Below are positions 43,734-54,091 of a stretch of 64,000 nt of DNA, piece by piece (positions within the stretch are counted from its first letter, which is position 1; every line of letters starts with the position of its first letter). The notes beneath the pieces are model-generated. The model saw nothing but the letters and a program-made list of their open reading frames with translations, did not search any database and was not told the origin of the DNA. The DNA comes from Bacteroidota bacterium (lineage in GTDB: Bacteria > Bacteroidota > Bacteroidia > 2-12-FULL-35-15). The position numbers and the translations under genes were made by a program. The DNA lies in contig JAOQAD010000018.1 in NCBI GenBank assembly GCA_025963775.1, forward strand, positions 992-64,991. Reading direction: 5' to 3'.

Positions 43734-44252
43734 ATGAACAGCCTGCTAAAAAACACGATCATTTTTATGGTGATGATATGCCCGGCAGTTGCTTTTCCGC
43801 AGCAAAGCATCATTGTGAAGGCAGATAAAGAATACAATGTAAAAAGCCCGGCAAAAAATATTTCAGAAGGGCTCAGCCTCAATGATACACTTCAGCTCAT
43901 TATGAATTACCAGGGCTGCTACGGAGGCATAGGCTATAGATTTGGCCTTGTAAGGCGGGCAGGAGATTATGAAGTGCTCGTGTATAACAGCCGCAGAAGC
44001 AATGAAAGAGGAACATGGCAAATCGATTTTGCAAAGCCGCTGCCGGATAGCTTGTACGAATATGTAACGGCGTTTGAGAAGGAATTAAGAAATTATCAAT
44101 CTTCGGATCATAGCTGGTGCACAGTATCCGGATATTTTTCTTTCATTGCGCCGGAAGGGAGTTTCTCCCTGGAGATCAATGACTGCGCAATATTGATTGG
44201 AGAGGAACTGAAAAAATTATTGAGCGAAAGGTCCGCCATGTCCTTGCGTTAA
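43734..44252 (+). CDS. hypothetical secreted protein
   Basis: MNSLLKNTIIFMVMICPAVAFPQ signal-like N-terminus. Confidence 0.5.
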   Translation: MNSLLKNTIIFMVMICPAVAFPQQSIIVKADKEYNVKSPAKNISEGLSLNDTLQLIMNYQGCYGGIGYRFGLVRRAGDYEVLVYNSRRSNERGTWQIDFAKPLPDSLYEYVTAFEKELRNYQSSDHSWCTVSGYFSFIAPEGSFSLEINDCAILIGEELKKLLSERSAMSLR

Positions 44253-44254
44253 TC

Positions 44255-45631
44255 TCAGATAGTAAGCCCGAGCAGTGTCACATCATCCACCTGGTCGAGA
44301 TTGCCTTTCCAGTCCTCAAACTGTTTTTCAAGCTCTTTCTTTTGTTCATCTGCCGGTTTCCCTGCAAGGCCAAGCAGTATACTTTTCAGAACCTTTGTCC
44401 TGAGCTTTTTCCCTGTTTTGCCTCCGAACTGGTCGGCAAATCCATCACTGAACAAATAAATGGTATCGTTCTTTTCAAGATCCAGAAGATGATTGGTGAA
44501 AGGCCGGTGCTCGCTGTATTTAGCGATCGGCTGGCGGTTCGCCTTTATTTCTGAGAGCCTGCCATTGCGTACCAGGTGCAGTGAAATGTAAGCACCTGCA
44601 TACTCAAGCTCTCTTTTATTTACATGAAGGGAACACAGCCCGATGTCCATGCCATCCATCACCACTTCATCACTCTTTTCAAACGTTGCGATCACCAGCT
44701 CCCTCACTTTTTCCAGGATCTCCGCAGGCCTCCTGAGCTGGAATTCCTTTACGGCCCTGTTGAGCGCCGCATGGCATACCACACTTACCATTGCTCCCGG
44801 AACACCATGTCCCGTGCAGTCGGCAACAGCGAAGAACAAATGATGCTCTGTCAGTTCCGTCCAGTAAAAATCCCCTGCTACAATATCTTTCGGCTTGTAC
44901 AAAATAAATGACTCGCCGAGGTTCTCCTTAAAGATGCGGTCGGAGGGAAGTATAGCTGCCTGGATGCGCCGTGCATAATGAATGCTGTCGGTGATCTCGG
45001 ATTTTTGCCTGTGGACTTCCACAAGCGCTTTTTCAAGCTCGCTCGTGCGTTCCTGCACCAGCTGCTGCAGGTGTTCCTGGAGCTCCCGTAATTTTTCATT
45101 GTCTTTTGTCTGCACCAGCTTGGTTGCCGTCATGGAAGCAATGGTTTCGAGGATCTGCAGGTCTTCAGGCGGATAAAAATTCCTCTCCTCATGCTCCGAA
45201 TCGATCACCCCGATCACTTTTCCCGAATGAATAATGGGTACGGCGATCTCCGAAAGCCGCATGTCGTCATCAACTATGTAACGAGGATCTTTGCTTGTAT
45301 CCGGGATTATTTCGCCTTTACGGTTCAATGCAACAGAGCCAACAACGCCCTGCCCGAGCTGCAGCCCGATCGGGTTTTTTATGTCGAGTGCCACCGGGTT
45401 TTTGGGGCCGTGTGCAGCCCGCTGTACAAGTTGCTTTCCTTCATCATCCATAAGGTAGATCACACAATCCCGGTAACCCAGCTTGGCGATCGCATTCTTC
45501 GCCACCGACCATACAACGTCTTCTATTGTTTGTGCTTCCAGGAGAACGGAAGCGAAATGATAGATCACTTCGAGGTAACGTTCTTTTTTCCGGAGGCCTT
45601 CCAACAGCTCATCTGCCTTAACTGAATTCAT
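44255..45631 (-). CDS. GAF domain + PP2C (SpoIIE/RsbU-type) serine phosphatase
   Basis: GAF-like N-terminal half, a coiled linker, then ..GDFYW...FAVADCTGHGVPGAM...DGMDI...SDGFADQ...DDVTLLG. Confidence 0.8.
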   Translation of the reverse strand: MNSVKADELLEGLRKKERYLEVIYHFASVLLEAQTIEDVVWSVAKNAIAKLGYRDCVIYLMDDEGKQLVQRAAHGPKNPVALDIKNPIGLQLGQGVVGSVALNRKGEIIPDTSKDPRYIVDDDMRLSEIAVPIIHSGKVIGVIDSEHEERNFYPPEDLQILETIASMTATKLVQTKDNEKLRELQEHLQQLVQERTSELEKALVEVHRQKSEITDSIHYARRIQAAILPSDRIFKENLGESFILYKPKDIVAGDFYWTELTEHHLFFAVADCTGHGVPGAMVSVVCHAALNRAVKEFQLRRPAEILEKVRELVIATFEKSDEVVMDGMDIGLCSLHVNKRELEYAGAYISLHLVRNGRLSEIKANRQPIAKYSEHRPFTNHLLDLEKNDTIYLFSDGFADQFGGKTGKKLRTKVLKSILLGLAGKPADEQKKELEKQFEDWKGNLDQVDDVTLLGLTI

Positions 45632-45783
45632 AAATATAAAACTACGCAATTTTTCTGTTCATGCTTTGCTTCAATTCGTCGCTGCTTTACTTCCTTTGAT
45701 GGATGTTATTTGCCGGAAAGCTTTGATTGTAGTATTTTTGCAGAAAATAATCCTGGGTACAAAAACACATTAATACAAAAAAC

Positions 45784-47127
45784 ATGAGATCAACAACTAC
45801 TTTGTTTACATCAACACTTCTTCTTGCCGGCAGCTTGTTCTGTTCAACAGCTGTAAAAGCGCAGGTGATCACAGGCGGATCAAATCACTCCCTTTCTATC
45901 TGCAATGACCATACGCTGAAAGCCTGGGGATCCAACTCATACGGGCAGCTTGGTGATGCAAGCACCACCGACAGGTTAACCCCGACAGCGGTAACCGGCA
46001 TCAGCGGGGTTATTAAAGTAGAGGGCGGAAACTGGCATACAGTGGCTTTAAAAAGCGATGGCACCGTGCGTGCATGGGGGCTTAACCGAAAAGGCCAGCT
46101 TGGCGATGGAACTATCGTGGACAAGCACAGCCCTGTTACAGTGAGCGGATTGACCGGTATCACATCTGTTGGTGCAGGAGCGGAACATTCAATTGCATTA
46201 AAGAACGATGGCACGGTTTGGACCTGGGGATGGAATGCTGACGGACAAATAGGCGATGGGACAACAGTTGACAGGACCACTCCCTTCCAGGTTCCGGGAC
46301 TCAGCAATATTATTGCTGTTTCGGCGGGCGAATATCATTCACTCGCATTGAAAAGCGATGGCACTGTCTGGAAATGGGGAAGCGGAGTTACTACACCGGC
46401 TATGGTTGCAGGCCTTTCGGGCATTACAGCAATTGCTTCCGGCGAGTTTCACTTTGTGGCATTAAAAAGTGACGGTACTGTTTGGGTATGGGGAGGCAAC
46501 AACCTGAATGGCGAATATGGAAACGGCACCTCAGGGTCCGCTGCGGCTCCTGTGCAGGTAAGCACGATCACGGGAATTACAAAGATCGCTGCAGGAATGA
46601 CCCATTCACTTGCAAGAAAAAACGACGGTACGGTTTGGGGCTGGGGACTGAATAACTGGGGACAGTTAGGAGACGGGACCACTACCACAAGGACCACGCC
46701 TGTGCAGGCGACCGGATTAACAGGTGTTGTCAGCATCGGGGCAGGAGATGTACATTCATTTGCGGTTAAATCGGATGGATCGCTGAAAGCTTATGGCTCG
46801 AATATTTCGGGACAGATCGGGAATGGTACGGCGTTTAATAATTACACAACTCCGGTCGTTGTGGCATTATGCCCTGTTTTATCCATAAAGGAAGAAAGAG
46901 GAGAGGAGATCCTGGTAACGATCTACCCGAACCCGGCAACAGATAATTTATTCATAGAGACAGATGAAAAAATAAAAATTGCAGATTGTATGAATGCCCT
47001 CGGACAGTCGGTTGATGTAAAGCTGGAAAATAATTCCATCGATATTTCAGGCCTTCCAAAAGGAATTTATTTTTTAAACATTACTTCAGAAAAAGGAAGT
47101 ACTACCGCTAAATTTATTAAACAGTAA
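45784..47127 (+). CDS. T9SS (type A) secreted RCC1-repeat protein
   Basis: Seven repeats of the form HSLALKSDGTVWxWGxNxxGQLGDGT. C-terminal VTIYPNPATDNLFIET...TAKFIKQ. Confidence 0.85.
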   Translation: MRSTTTLFTSTLLLAGSLFCSTAVKAQVITGGSNHSLSICNDHTLKAWGSNSYGQLGDASTTDRLTPTAVTGISGVIKVEGGNWHTVALKSDGTVRAWGLNRKGQLGDGTIVDKHSPVTVSGLTGITSVGAGAEHSIALKNDGTVWTWGWNADGQIGDGTTVDRTTPFQVPGLSNIIAVSAGEYHSLALKSDGTVWKWGSGVTTPAMVAGLSGITAIASGEFHFVALKSDGTVWVWGGNNLNGEYGNGTSGSAAAPVQVSTITGITKIAAGMTHSLARKNDGTVWGWGLNNWGQLGDGTTTTRTTPVQATGLTGVVSIGAGDVHSFAVKSDGSLKAYGSNISGQIGNGTAFNNYTTPVVVALCPVLSIKEERGEEILVTIYPNPATDNLFIETDEKIKIADCMNALGQSVDVKLENNSIDISGLPKGIYFLNITSEKGSTTAKFIKQ

Positions 47128-47203
47128 TTTCAGGCGGGTAAAAAAATAAGGGCAGTCAATGATCATTGACTGCCCTTATTTTTTTGACAATATACTGCCG
47201 TGT

Positions 47204-49369
47204 TTACCTCACCAGCGTCACCCTTCCAATGTACTGGTGCGGGTCATTCCTTACGTCATCACGGAAAATAATTTTGTATACATACACATCGTTGGTGCAG
47301 AGCCTTCCTTTGTAAATGCCATTCCAGCCGTCTTCCGAATTTTGTGTCTCGAATATTTTTTCGCCCCAGCGGTCGAAGATCACAAACTGGTAATCATGCA
47401 CGCCGATCAGCTTGGGTTTGAAAATATCGTTGAGACCGTCAGCCCTCCCCGGTGTAAATGCATTCGGGATCCAGAAGAGGAACTCGGGGCGGATCAGCAC
47501 TTCGGAATAAGCCGTGTCAGTACACCCGGAAGGATTCACCACCACCTGCATAATGATGTATTTGCCCGGTTTGGTATAGCTGTGAACCGAGTCACAGTTG
47601 TTGGAAATTGTTCCATCGCCCCAGATCACGAGGCATCCGCTGGCGCCGGTGCTCAGGTCGGTCATGGTGATGTCGGGATAAAAAATGGAAGTGTCCGTTG
47701 GCGTCACCTGGAATCCCGCTACCGGCGAAGGAAGCACAGCAACAGGCGCCGGCATGTTGAAGGTGTCGACACAGCCATGTGCGGAAGTTACGATCAGCTG
47801 TGTTAAATAAGAGCCTACGGTAGCATAGGTATGAAAAGGATCCTGTTCCGAGGAAGAGGCACCATCGCCGAATGTCCATTGATAACTTAAAGGAGAATCA
47901 GTCTGTGAGCTGTCCATGAACTGCACCGGCTGCAGCACGCATGAAATGGGCGATGCCAGCCCGTAATCCGCAACAGGCTTTTCATATACATGTACATTGG
48001 AGGTGTATTGCTGCGTGCATCCGTTCTCAGCCACAGTAAGCGTTACAGGGAATGTTCCCGTGGTGTCAAAAACAACATTGCTTACATTCTGCGTATTCGC
48101 AGTTGCCGGTGTGGCATGTGTTCCGAAATCCCAGGTAAATGTTCCCGTTCCCTGGAACTCGCCGCCTGCAGTGAAATCGTAGCTGTTGTTGTAAATACAT
48201 TCTCCCGGCGGCGGCGTAAATCCCGGTTCGAGCAGGTGCTGGATGTTGAAGGTGGTGCTGCTTGTATCGGCACATAAGGAGCCCGGGTTAATGATCAGCG
48301 TAACTGTGTATGTGCCGGAATCCGGGTAGGTCCAGTTCGGGTTCATCACATTGGAAACATCTCCCGTAGTGCTGGGGTCGCCGAAATTCCACTGGTAGGA
48401 AAATGCATTAAGGCTGTTCTGTGTAAAACTGCATTCATAGCCGAAGCAAAACGTATTCTGCACCGGTACGGAAGCCACCGGGAGGTTCGGACAGTTGGTG
48501 ACATTGAACTGGAAATCGCGTTTGTTCACATCCAGCAGCACACCGTTCCTGTATTCGCTTACACATACGCCAACCACCCATTGCCCGATCATGTTGGGAG
48601 TGCCTGTCAGCAAGCCCGTATTCGGATCGATTGCCATTGCCGGCGAAGAGCTCATCGGGTAAGCACCTCCGTATCCTGCGGTCCAGGGAACGGTGAAATA
48701 CGGCGGCGGATCTGTTGTCGACTGGCAGCCGGTGCCGATCTGGGGGCAGCCGGCAGTAAGCCCCGAGAAGGGATCACAGAATTCGTAATACAGCGAATCG
48801 CCATCAGGGTCCGTTGCGGAATGGTCAAACACAAGCGGAACACCTGCGCATAAAAAGATCGGTGGAAAATTATTGTAGCGCGGGCTGCTGTTGCATACAG
48901 CCAGCGCAGGATCGGGAATGTGCGCCATGTAGGTAGTGCCTACGTTGCTCGGGTCAACAATGTTGAGGATGCTCGAATTGCGGCAGCAGCGCTGGTAAGC
49001 AATGTAATAACCTCCCGGTAATGGAGGAAGGTTCACAGTAGTCTGGTAGATGCCTTCTTCCACGCATACATCCACCGGCGGCGTAAAGCAGGGATTGTTG
49101 ATGATCGGGGGAAGCACGGTTGATCCCGGAAGCGAAAGCGAAAGGTTGTTGATGAAACTTCCGCTGGCGTCAAATATCGAAACAATGGCGGGGTTGTCGA
49201 GCGCAGCGCCAAGGGTGGTGTAACAATCCCGGTAAACCTTCAGGGTGATCCTGTAATTGTTGCCTCCCAGGCAGTCGTAATAGATCTCGCCGCCAACGAT
49301 GTGGTAGGCAAAATTTTTAAAACTGAAAGAGATTAAAAATATAAAAAGGAGTATGATCTTCTTACTCAT
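47204..49369 (-). CDS. T9SS type B (gliding motility-associated C-terminal domain) surface protein with PKD domains
   Basis: PKD-like WNFGDPS...YPDSGTYTVTLII. C-terminal WIPNAFTPGRADGLNDIFKP...FDRWGEKIFE...GWNG..KG. Confidence 0.85.
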   Translation of the reverse strand: MSKKIILLFIFLISFSFKNFAYHIVGGEIYYDCLGGNNYRITLKVYRDCYTTLGAALDNPAIVSIFDASGSFINNLSLSLPGSTVLPPIINNPCFTPPVDVCVEEGIYQTTVNLPPLPGGYYIAYQRCCRNSSILNIVDPSNVGTTYMAHIPDPALAVCNSSPRYNNFPPIFLCAGVPLVFDHSATDPDGDSLYYEFCDPFSGLTAGCPQIGTGCQSTTDPPPYFTVPWTAGYGGAYPMSSSPAMAIDPNTGLLTGTPNMIGQWVVGVCVSEYRNGVLLDVNKRDFQFNVTNCPNLPVASVPVQNTFCFGYECSFTQNSLNAFSYQWNFGDPSTTGDVSNVMNPNWTYPDSGTYTVTLIINPGSLCADTSSTTFNIQHLLEPGFTPPPGECIYNNSYDFTAGGEFQGTGTFTWDFGTHATPATANTQNVSNVVFDTTGTFPVTLTVAENGCTQQYTSNVHVYEKPVADYGLASPISCVLQPVQFMDSSQTDSPLSYQWTFGDGASSSEQDPFHTYATVGSYLTQLIVTSAHGCVDTFNMPAPVAVLPSPVAGFQVTPTDTSIFYPDITMTDLSTGASGCLVIWGDGTISNNCDSVHSYTKPGKYIIMQVVVNPSGCTDTAYSEVLIRPEFLFWIPNAFTPGRADGLNDIFKPKLIGVHDYQFVIFDRWGEKIFETQNSEDGWNGIYKGRLCTNDVYVYKIIFRDDVRNDPHQYIGRVTLVR

Positions 49370-49420
49370 TGTAATGCATTCAGGGTTGGGGGATGCTTTT
49401 CAGTTATCTCACCAGCGAAG

Positions 49421-51583
49421 TTACCGGATAAGATTGATATTTGTAATATATTGTTTTATTTCATAATGATATCCTTCGAGGTCGAACACGCAGACATACA
49501 CTCCTGCCGGCGCTATCTTTCCTTTGTATGTGCCGTCCCAGCCGGCCGACAGGTTGTTGGTGCTGAAGAGCTGCTCGCCCCAGCGGTCGTACACGCGCAT
49601 GCGGAAGGATTTTATTCCCACGCCATAACCCATGTACACATCGTTAAGCCCGTTGAGGTTCGGACTGAAAGAGTTCGGGAAATAAAAATAAAAATCGGGC
49701 AGCACAATGATCGTCTGGCTTGTGGTATCCGCACAGCCCTGTGAATTTACGGTGATCAGTGTTACCGTGTAAGTTCCGTCAACGAGGTATTCATGCGAAG
49801 GATTGGCATTCATGGAAACAGAATCGCGGGAGCCGTCGCCGAAGTTCCAGAGATAAGAAGCAGCTCCATCCGACTGATCGGTAAAATGAGCGAACTGGTT
49901 GGTTGTAAATCCGTAGGCGAAATCAGCATTCACCGGCACCATCGTGATCGTAACGTTATCACTCACTGTAAAGCCGCAGGCATCGGTTGCCGTGATGGAA
50001 TAAGTGGTGGTACCTGCCGGGATCACTGTTGCGGTATCCAATACAGAAACTGCGGGTGTCCAGCTATACACATAATCCGGGCGGCCGTTGCTTACATTGG
50101 CATCAAGAAAAGCACTGTTGCCCTGGCAAATGCTCAGGTCATCCGTAAGTGTGATCTGCAAAGGAGTATAGGGCACAACCGTAACCGTGACACTGTCGGT
50201 CGCGGAATTTCCGCAGCTGTCGGTTACGGTGGCATAATACGTTGTGGTTGCGCCGGGTGTTACCTGTGCAGTATCGCTGCTGCTGGAAGAGCTGGTCCAT
50301 GCATAGCTGTAATGCCCGATCGCCACACCGCCGTTTGCAAGTGCGGCGAGCGGAATGTTTTGAGCAGGGCAGTTCAGCAATGTGTCGTTGCTCAGCGTTA
50401 AGGTAAGCGGAGGTGAATCGATGATGTACAGCGTGAGCGACATGGTATCGCTGCCGTTGCAGGGCGTGGAGGTGTAGATCGACATCACCACTGTTTCCGT
50501 TCCTTCAATGTTTGCATCCGGCAGGGAGCTGATGGTCACGTATGCCGAGTCCTGTCCGGGTGCATAAAAAAGAGTGTCGTTCACAAATGTGTAATCCGTA
50601 CCGTTTGCAGCGGTCCCGCTGTAAGTGACAAGAACAGTATCGCTGTTTGAAAGGTTGTTTGTTCCCCTGTCGAACAGCACAGTTGCAGCGCCGCAGCCTT
50701 CGTAAATAGTGGTGTCGTTAATTCCCGCCGAACCGCCGAAGGAAGTGCTTGGAGTAATGAACACGCTGCCCGAGCTGGCAAAGCTGCCTTCTTCAAGGAA
50801 CACTCCTGAATCAATGATGCCATCGCCGCCATCCGCCACAGCGAGCTTGATGTGATATACCTGCCCGCATTGCACATTCGCAATAGCGGTAAGCGGAACA
50901 GTGAAACCGTCGTACTGCACCGTTGCGCCGTCAGGAGCAGTTCCCATGCCCATTCCATCGCCGTTATCGAAATAATATGTTCCGTTGTTGGTAAGGTTCA
51001 GGTTGAACATGGTAACCGGCAGCGTGGTGCCCGGAACCAGTGCAATGTTGATGGCGCCGTTGGTGAAGGGGCCGGAAATACCGGGTCCGCTGATGAAAAA
51101 GCCGAAGCCATCGTTGATGCCGCCCGGGAACGTGCTTACATATTCCATGTATTCGTCGGAGCCGAATACGTAGCGGAATTTTACGGTATCGGAAGTCGGG
51201 ATAAAGTCGAATTCAAGGATCGCCGCTTCATAGCTGAGTGTTGGGTCCATGATCACATCCAGGTCGGGATCGCCGGGAAGGCTGTTCGAGATGGAAATGC
51301 TGGAAGTGTTGTTAGGGCCGCCTGCATTGGCAATGTCGCCGGAGGAAAGAATCACTCCTGCATTCAGCCCGATGTTGGAAGCAGAGCCGTCAAAGGTTCC
51401 CCTTGAGGTTGCCGAGCCTGTATAGGTGATCCCGCTCGCTGTGATGCCTGTCCCGAGCAGCACGTTCTGCACCAGCTGGGTAGGCGTCAGGAGGGTGCTG
51501 GTTGTCAGTTGGGCGCTGAGAGGCGTTCCGCAGAAAATGATCACTGCGGTGATAAAAAGAGATATGTACTTTTTAAAATTCAA
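49421..51583 (-). CDS. T9SS type B surface protein with a choice-of-anchor-L-like N-terminal domain
   Basis: N-terminal LTPTQLVQNVLLGTGITASGITYTGSATSRGTFDG. C-terminal YFPNSFSPNLNGLNDVY...YDRWGEQLF...GWDGTYKG. A 51-nt gap to the downstream type B gene. Confidence 0.75.
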   Translation of the reverse strand: MNFKKYISLFITAVIIFCGTPLSAQLTTSTLLTPTQLVQNVLLGTGITASGITYTGSATSRGTFDGSASNIGLNAGVILSSGDIANAGGPNNTSSISISNSLPGDPDLDVIMDPTLSYEAAILEFDFIPTSDTVKFRYVFGSDEYMEYVSTFPGGINDGFGFFISGPGISGPFTNGAINIALVPGTTLPVTMFNLNLTNNGTYYFDNGDGMGMGTAPDGATVQYDGFTVPLTAIANVQCGQVYHIKLAVADGGDGIIDSGVFLEEGSFASSGSVFITPSTSFGGSAGINDTTIYEGCGAATVLFDRGTNNLSNSDTVLVTYSGTAANGTDYTFVNDTLFYAPGQDSAYVTISSLPDANIEGTETVVMSIYTSTPCNGSDTMSLTLYIIDSPPLTLTLSNDTLLNCPAQNIPLAALANGGVAIGHYSYAWTSSSSSSDTAQVTPGATTTYYATVTDSCGNSATDSVTVTVVPYTPLQITLTDDLSICQGNSAFLDANVSNGRPDYVYSWTPAVSVLDTATVIPAGTTTYSITATDACGFTVSDNVTITMVPVNADFAYGFTTNQFAHFTDQSDGAASYLWNFGDGSRDSVSMNANPSHEYLVDGTYTVTLITVNSQGCADTTSQTIIVLPDFYFYFPNSFSPNLNGLNDVYMGYGVGIKSFRMRVYDRWGEQLFSTNNLSAGWDGTYKGKIAPAGVYVCVFDLEGYHYEIKQYITNINLIR

Positions 51584-52073
51584 ATTTTGTATCTATACTG
51601 ATTTACAAGCAAATGTAGTGTATTTATCGTTTGTTTCCCCTGCTTTAACTGTTCGGTTGAATGCTTTGCCGAACCATTGGAGTGATTTAATTGATTGATT
51701 GTCAGTAGTTTAATGTTGTTGTAAATGAACTCACATCATTACATTTTCCCGGAAGTTCCGGGGTTTATAATAGATGTAAGCCGGCTCCGAATAGTTGCAG
51801 CAGCGAATTAAAGAAATTAAGGAGGTTGCTGGAAATCAATCGGGCCGGATGTTAAGCATTCCCTTGCCTGGGAATGGCAGGTATTTATGATACCGATGTT
51901 TTTAAGATGCTTGCAGGCAGGAGAACCTGGCGGCCCTGCCCGGTAAATCCTGTTCAAAAATCTTAGGTTTCAGTCCGTTTATATTTTTTTGTTTTCTTTT
52001 CCGGATCAGTAGCTTTTATGTATCAATAATAATTGCAACTTTGTGTCCTTATTGAAATAAAAAATCCAGCAAC

Positions 52074-53447
52074 ATGAGCAAAGCAATCAATGAATATATC
52101 GAAACAAACAAAGGCCGTTTTTTAGAGGAATTGTTTGAACTGTTAAGAATTCCTTCGGTGAGCGCCGATCCACAGTATAAAAACGACGTGATCCGCACAG
52201 CGGAAGCGATCCGTGTAAACCTTATTGCTGCAGGTGCTGATAATGTGGAGATCTGCTCCACTGCAGGTTACCCGATCGTGTATGGTGAAAAGATGATCGA
52301 TCCGAAATTACCAACTGTGCTTGTTTACGGCCATTACGATGTGCAGCCTGCCGATCCGTTAGAGCTATGGGTTTTCGGGCCTTTTGAGCCGGTGATAAAA
52401 GACGGGAAAATTTACGCGCGCGGTGCATGCGATGATAAAGGGCAAATGTACATGCATGTGAAAGCATTCGAGCTGATGATGCGCACCAACACCCTTCCAT
52501 GCAATGTGAAATTCATGATCGAAGGAGAAGAGGAGGTGGGTTCGACCAATCTCGGCATCTTTGTAAAAGCAAATAAAGAAAAATTAAAAGCGGATGTGAT
52601 CCTTATTTCCGATACGGGGATCATCGCGAATGATATTCCTTCGATTACTGTAGGGCTACGCGGACTAAGCTATGTGGAAGTGGAAGTGACCGGCCCGAGC
52701 CGTGACCTTCACTCCGGTTTATACGGCGGTGCAGTTGCCAACCCGATCAATATCCTTTGCGAGATGATCGCGAAAATGAAAGACGATAAAAATCACATTA
52801 CCATCCCGGGATTTTATGACGACGTGGAAATTCTTTCCGCCGAAGAGCGCGCAGAGATGGGAAAAGCGCCGTTCAGCCTGGATGAATATAAAAAAGCACT
52901 GAGCCTGTCCGACATTCACGGCGAAGAAGGCTACACAACGAACGAGCGTAATTCGATCCGCCCGACGCTGGATGTAAACGGCATCTGGGGCGGGTATACA
53001 GGCGAAGGAGCAAAAACAGTGATCGCCTCCAAAGCGTATGCAAAGATCTCTATGCGATTGGTGCCTCACCAAAGCAGCGATAAGATCACAAAATTATTTT
53101 CCGATTATTTCGAAAGCATCGCACCGAAATCGGTGAAGGTGAAAGTAACGCCGCACCATGGCGGAGAGCCTGTGGTAACGCCAAGCACATCCGTGGCATA
53201 CAAAGCGGCAAGCATGGCGATGGAAACCACTTTCGGGAAAAAGCCGGTGCCGGTTCGCAGCGGCGGAAGCATCCCTATTGTTGCAATGTTCAAATCCGAG
53301 CTTGGACTGGATTCCGTACTGATGGGCTTTGGCCTCGATTCGGATGCGATCCATTCACCGAACGAGCATTACGGCGTATTCAACTATCTGAAGGGTATTG
53401 AGACCATCCCGTATTTTTTCAAAAATTTTGCTGATCTGAGTAAGTAG
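52074..53447 (+). CDS. M20-family dipeptidase
   Basis: YGHYDVQPADP, ARGACDDKGQ, IEGEEEVGS. Confidence 0.85.
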   Translation: MSKAINEYIETNKGRFLEELFELLRIPSVSADPQYKNDVIRTAEAIRVNLIAAGADNVEICSTAGYPIVYGEKMIDPKLPTVLVYGHYDVQPADPLELWVFGPFEPVIKDGKIYARGACDDKGQMYMHVKAFELMMRTNTLPCNVKFMIEGEEEVGSTNLGIFVKANKEKLKADVILISDTGIIANDIPSITVGLRGLSYVEVEVTGPSRDLHSGLYGGAVANPINILCEMIAKMKDDKNHITIPGFYDDVEILSAEERAEMGKAPFSLDEYKKALSLSDIHGEEGYTTNERNSIRPTLDVNGIWGGYTGEGAKTVIASKAYAKISMRLVPHQSSDKITKLFSDYFESIAPKSVKVKVTPHHGGEPVVTPSTSVAYKAASMAMETTFGKKPVPVRSGGSIPIVAMFKSELGLDSVLMGFGLDSDAIHSPNEHYGVFNYLKGIETIPYFFKNFADLSK

Positions 53448-53475
53448 CCTGCTGGAATAAAGTTTGTTGGTTGGT

Positions 53476-53595
53476 ATGTCAGTTCGAGTTTTCGCCTTTT
53501 TCTGGCGAAAGTATCGGGAACTGGTCTGTTTCTCGAGAAGTTTATCCTGAGCGGAGTCGAAGGGCTTCACTGCGTTACGCAACGAAATGACCAGT
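53476..53595. repeat. short intergenic repeat element
   Basis: gtcagttcgag..hairpin(ttttcgcc..ggcgaaa)..gtatcgggaac is related to 9330..9366. It is followed by a tatcctgagcggagtcgaagggcttcactgcgttacgcaacgaaatgac unit. Confidence 0.5.
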
Positions 53596-53620
53596 ATTAA
53601 GAATAACATTCAACAGCATC

Positions 53621-54091
53621 ATGAAAAAATACATTTTACTTTTTATTACGGCGCTTGCTTTTACATTTTCCGGCTGCGGGGATTTTGAGGACATCACATT
53701 CAAAGGCATTGAAGGCGTGAAGATCATCAGGATGTCGCAGGAAGGGATAGAGGCCGAGATCACGGCGCGCATCAACAACCCGAACAAGGTTGCGTTCCAC
53801 ATTTATCCATCCGACCTGGATGCAACGCTTAACGGTTTGAATGCGGGAAAAGCAAAGCTCACGAACAACATTAAGATCAAAGCACATTCGGAAGAGTCCT
53901 ACACCTTCAAAATAAAATCCGATTTTTCTTCCTTAAGCATGACCGACCTCCCGAAATTAATGTCGATGGCCACCAGCCGTAATGTAAAAGTGGGATTGAA
54001 GGGCGACCTGAAAGTGGGAAAGTTGCTGGTGAAAAGAAAATACCCGGTCGACATGGTAAAAAGCGTTCCGCTCAGCGGCAGCGGCTTTTAG
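53621..54091 (+). CDS. lipoprotein, LEA_2 (NDR1/HIN1-like) fold suspected
   Basis: LAFTFSGC lipobox. ~150-aa beta-rich sequence. Confidence 0.45.
   Translation: MKKYILLFITALAFTFSGCGDFEDITFKGIEGVKIIRMSQEGIEAEITARINNPNKVAFHIYPSDLDATLNGLNAGKAKLTNNIKIKAHSEESYTFKIKSDFSSLSMTDLPKLMSMATSRNVKVGLKGDLKVGKLLVKRKYPVDMVKSVPLSGSGF

Noticed and set aside
44255-45631. The GAF-PP2C phosphatase as the missing RsbU-type partner of the island GHKL/STAS pair.
   Set aside because: It lies about 10 kb away in a compositionally core block with unrelated neighbours. Nothing in the sequence links the two, so any connection would be speculation.
47159-47806. 215-aa plus-strand ORF. Similar long antisense ORFs occur at 55430..56059, 56894..57580, 57613..58296, 37373..37846, 9413..9970 and 49793..50401.
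   Set aside because: Each lies entirely opposite a gene with strong family motifs and has no recognisable motif or sensible N-terminus. These are shadow ORFs of GC-richer coding regions.
53355-53609. 84-aa minus-strand ORF between the dipeptidase and lipoprotein genes.
   Set aside because: It is made almost entirely of the dispersed intergenic repeat (..VISLRNAVKPFDSAQDKL..), a typical spurious ORF.
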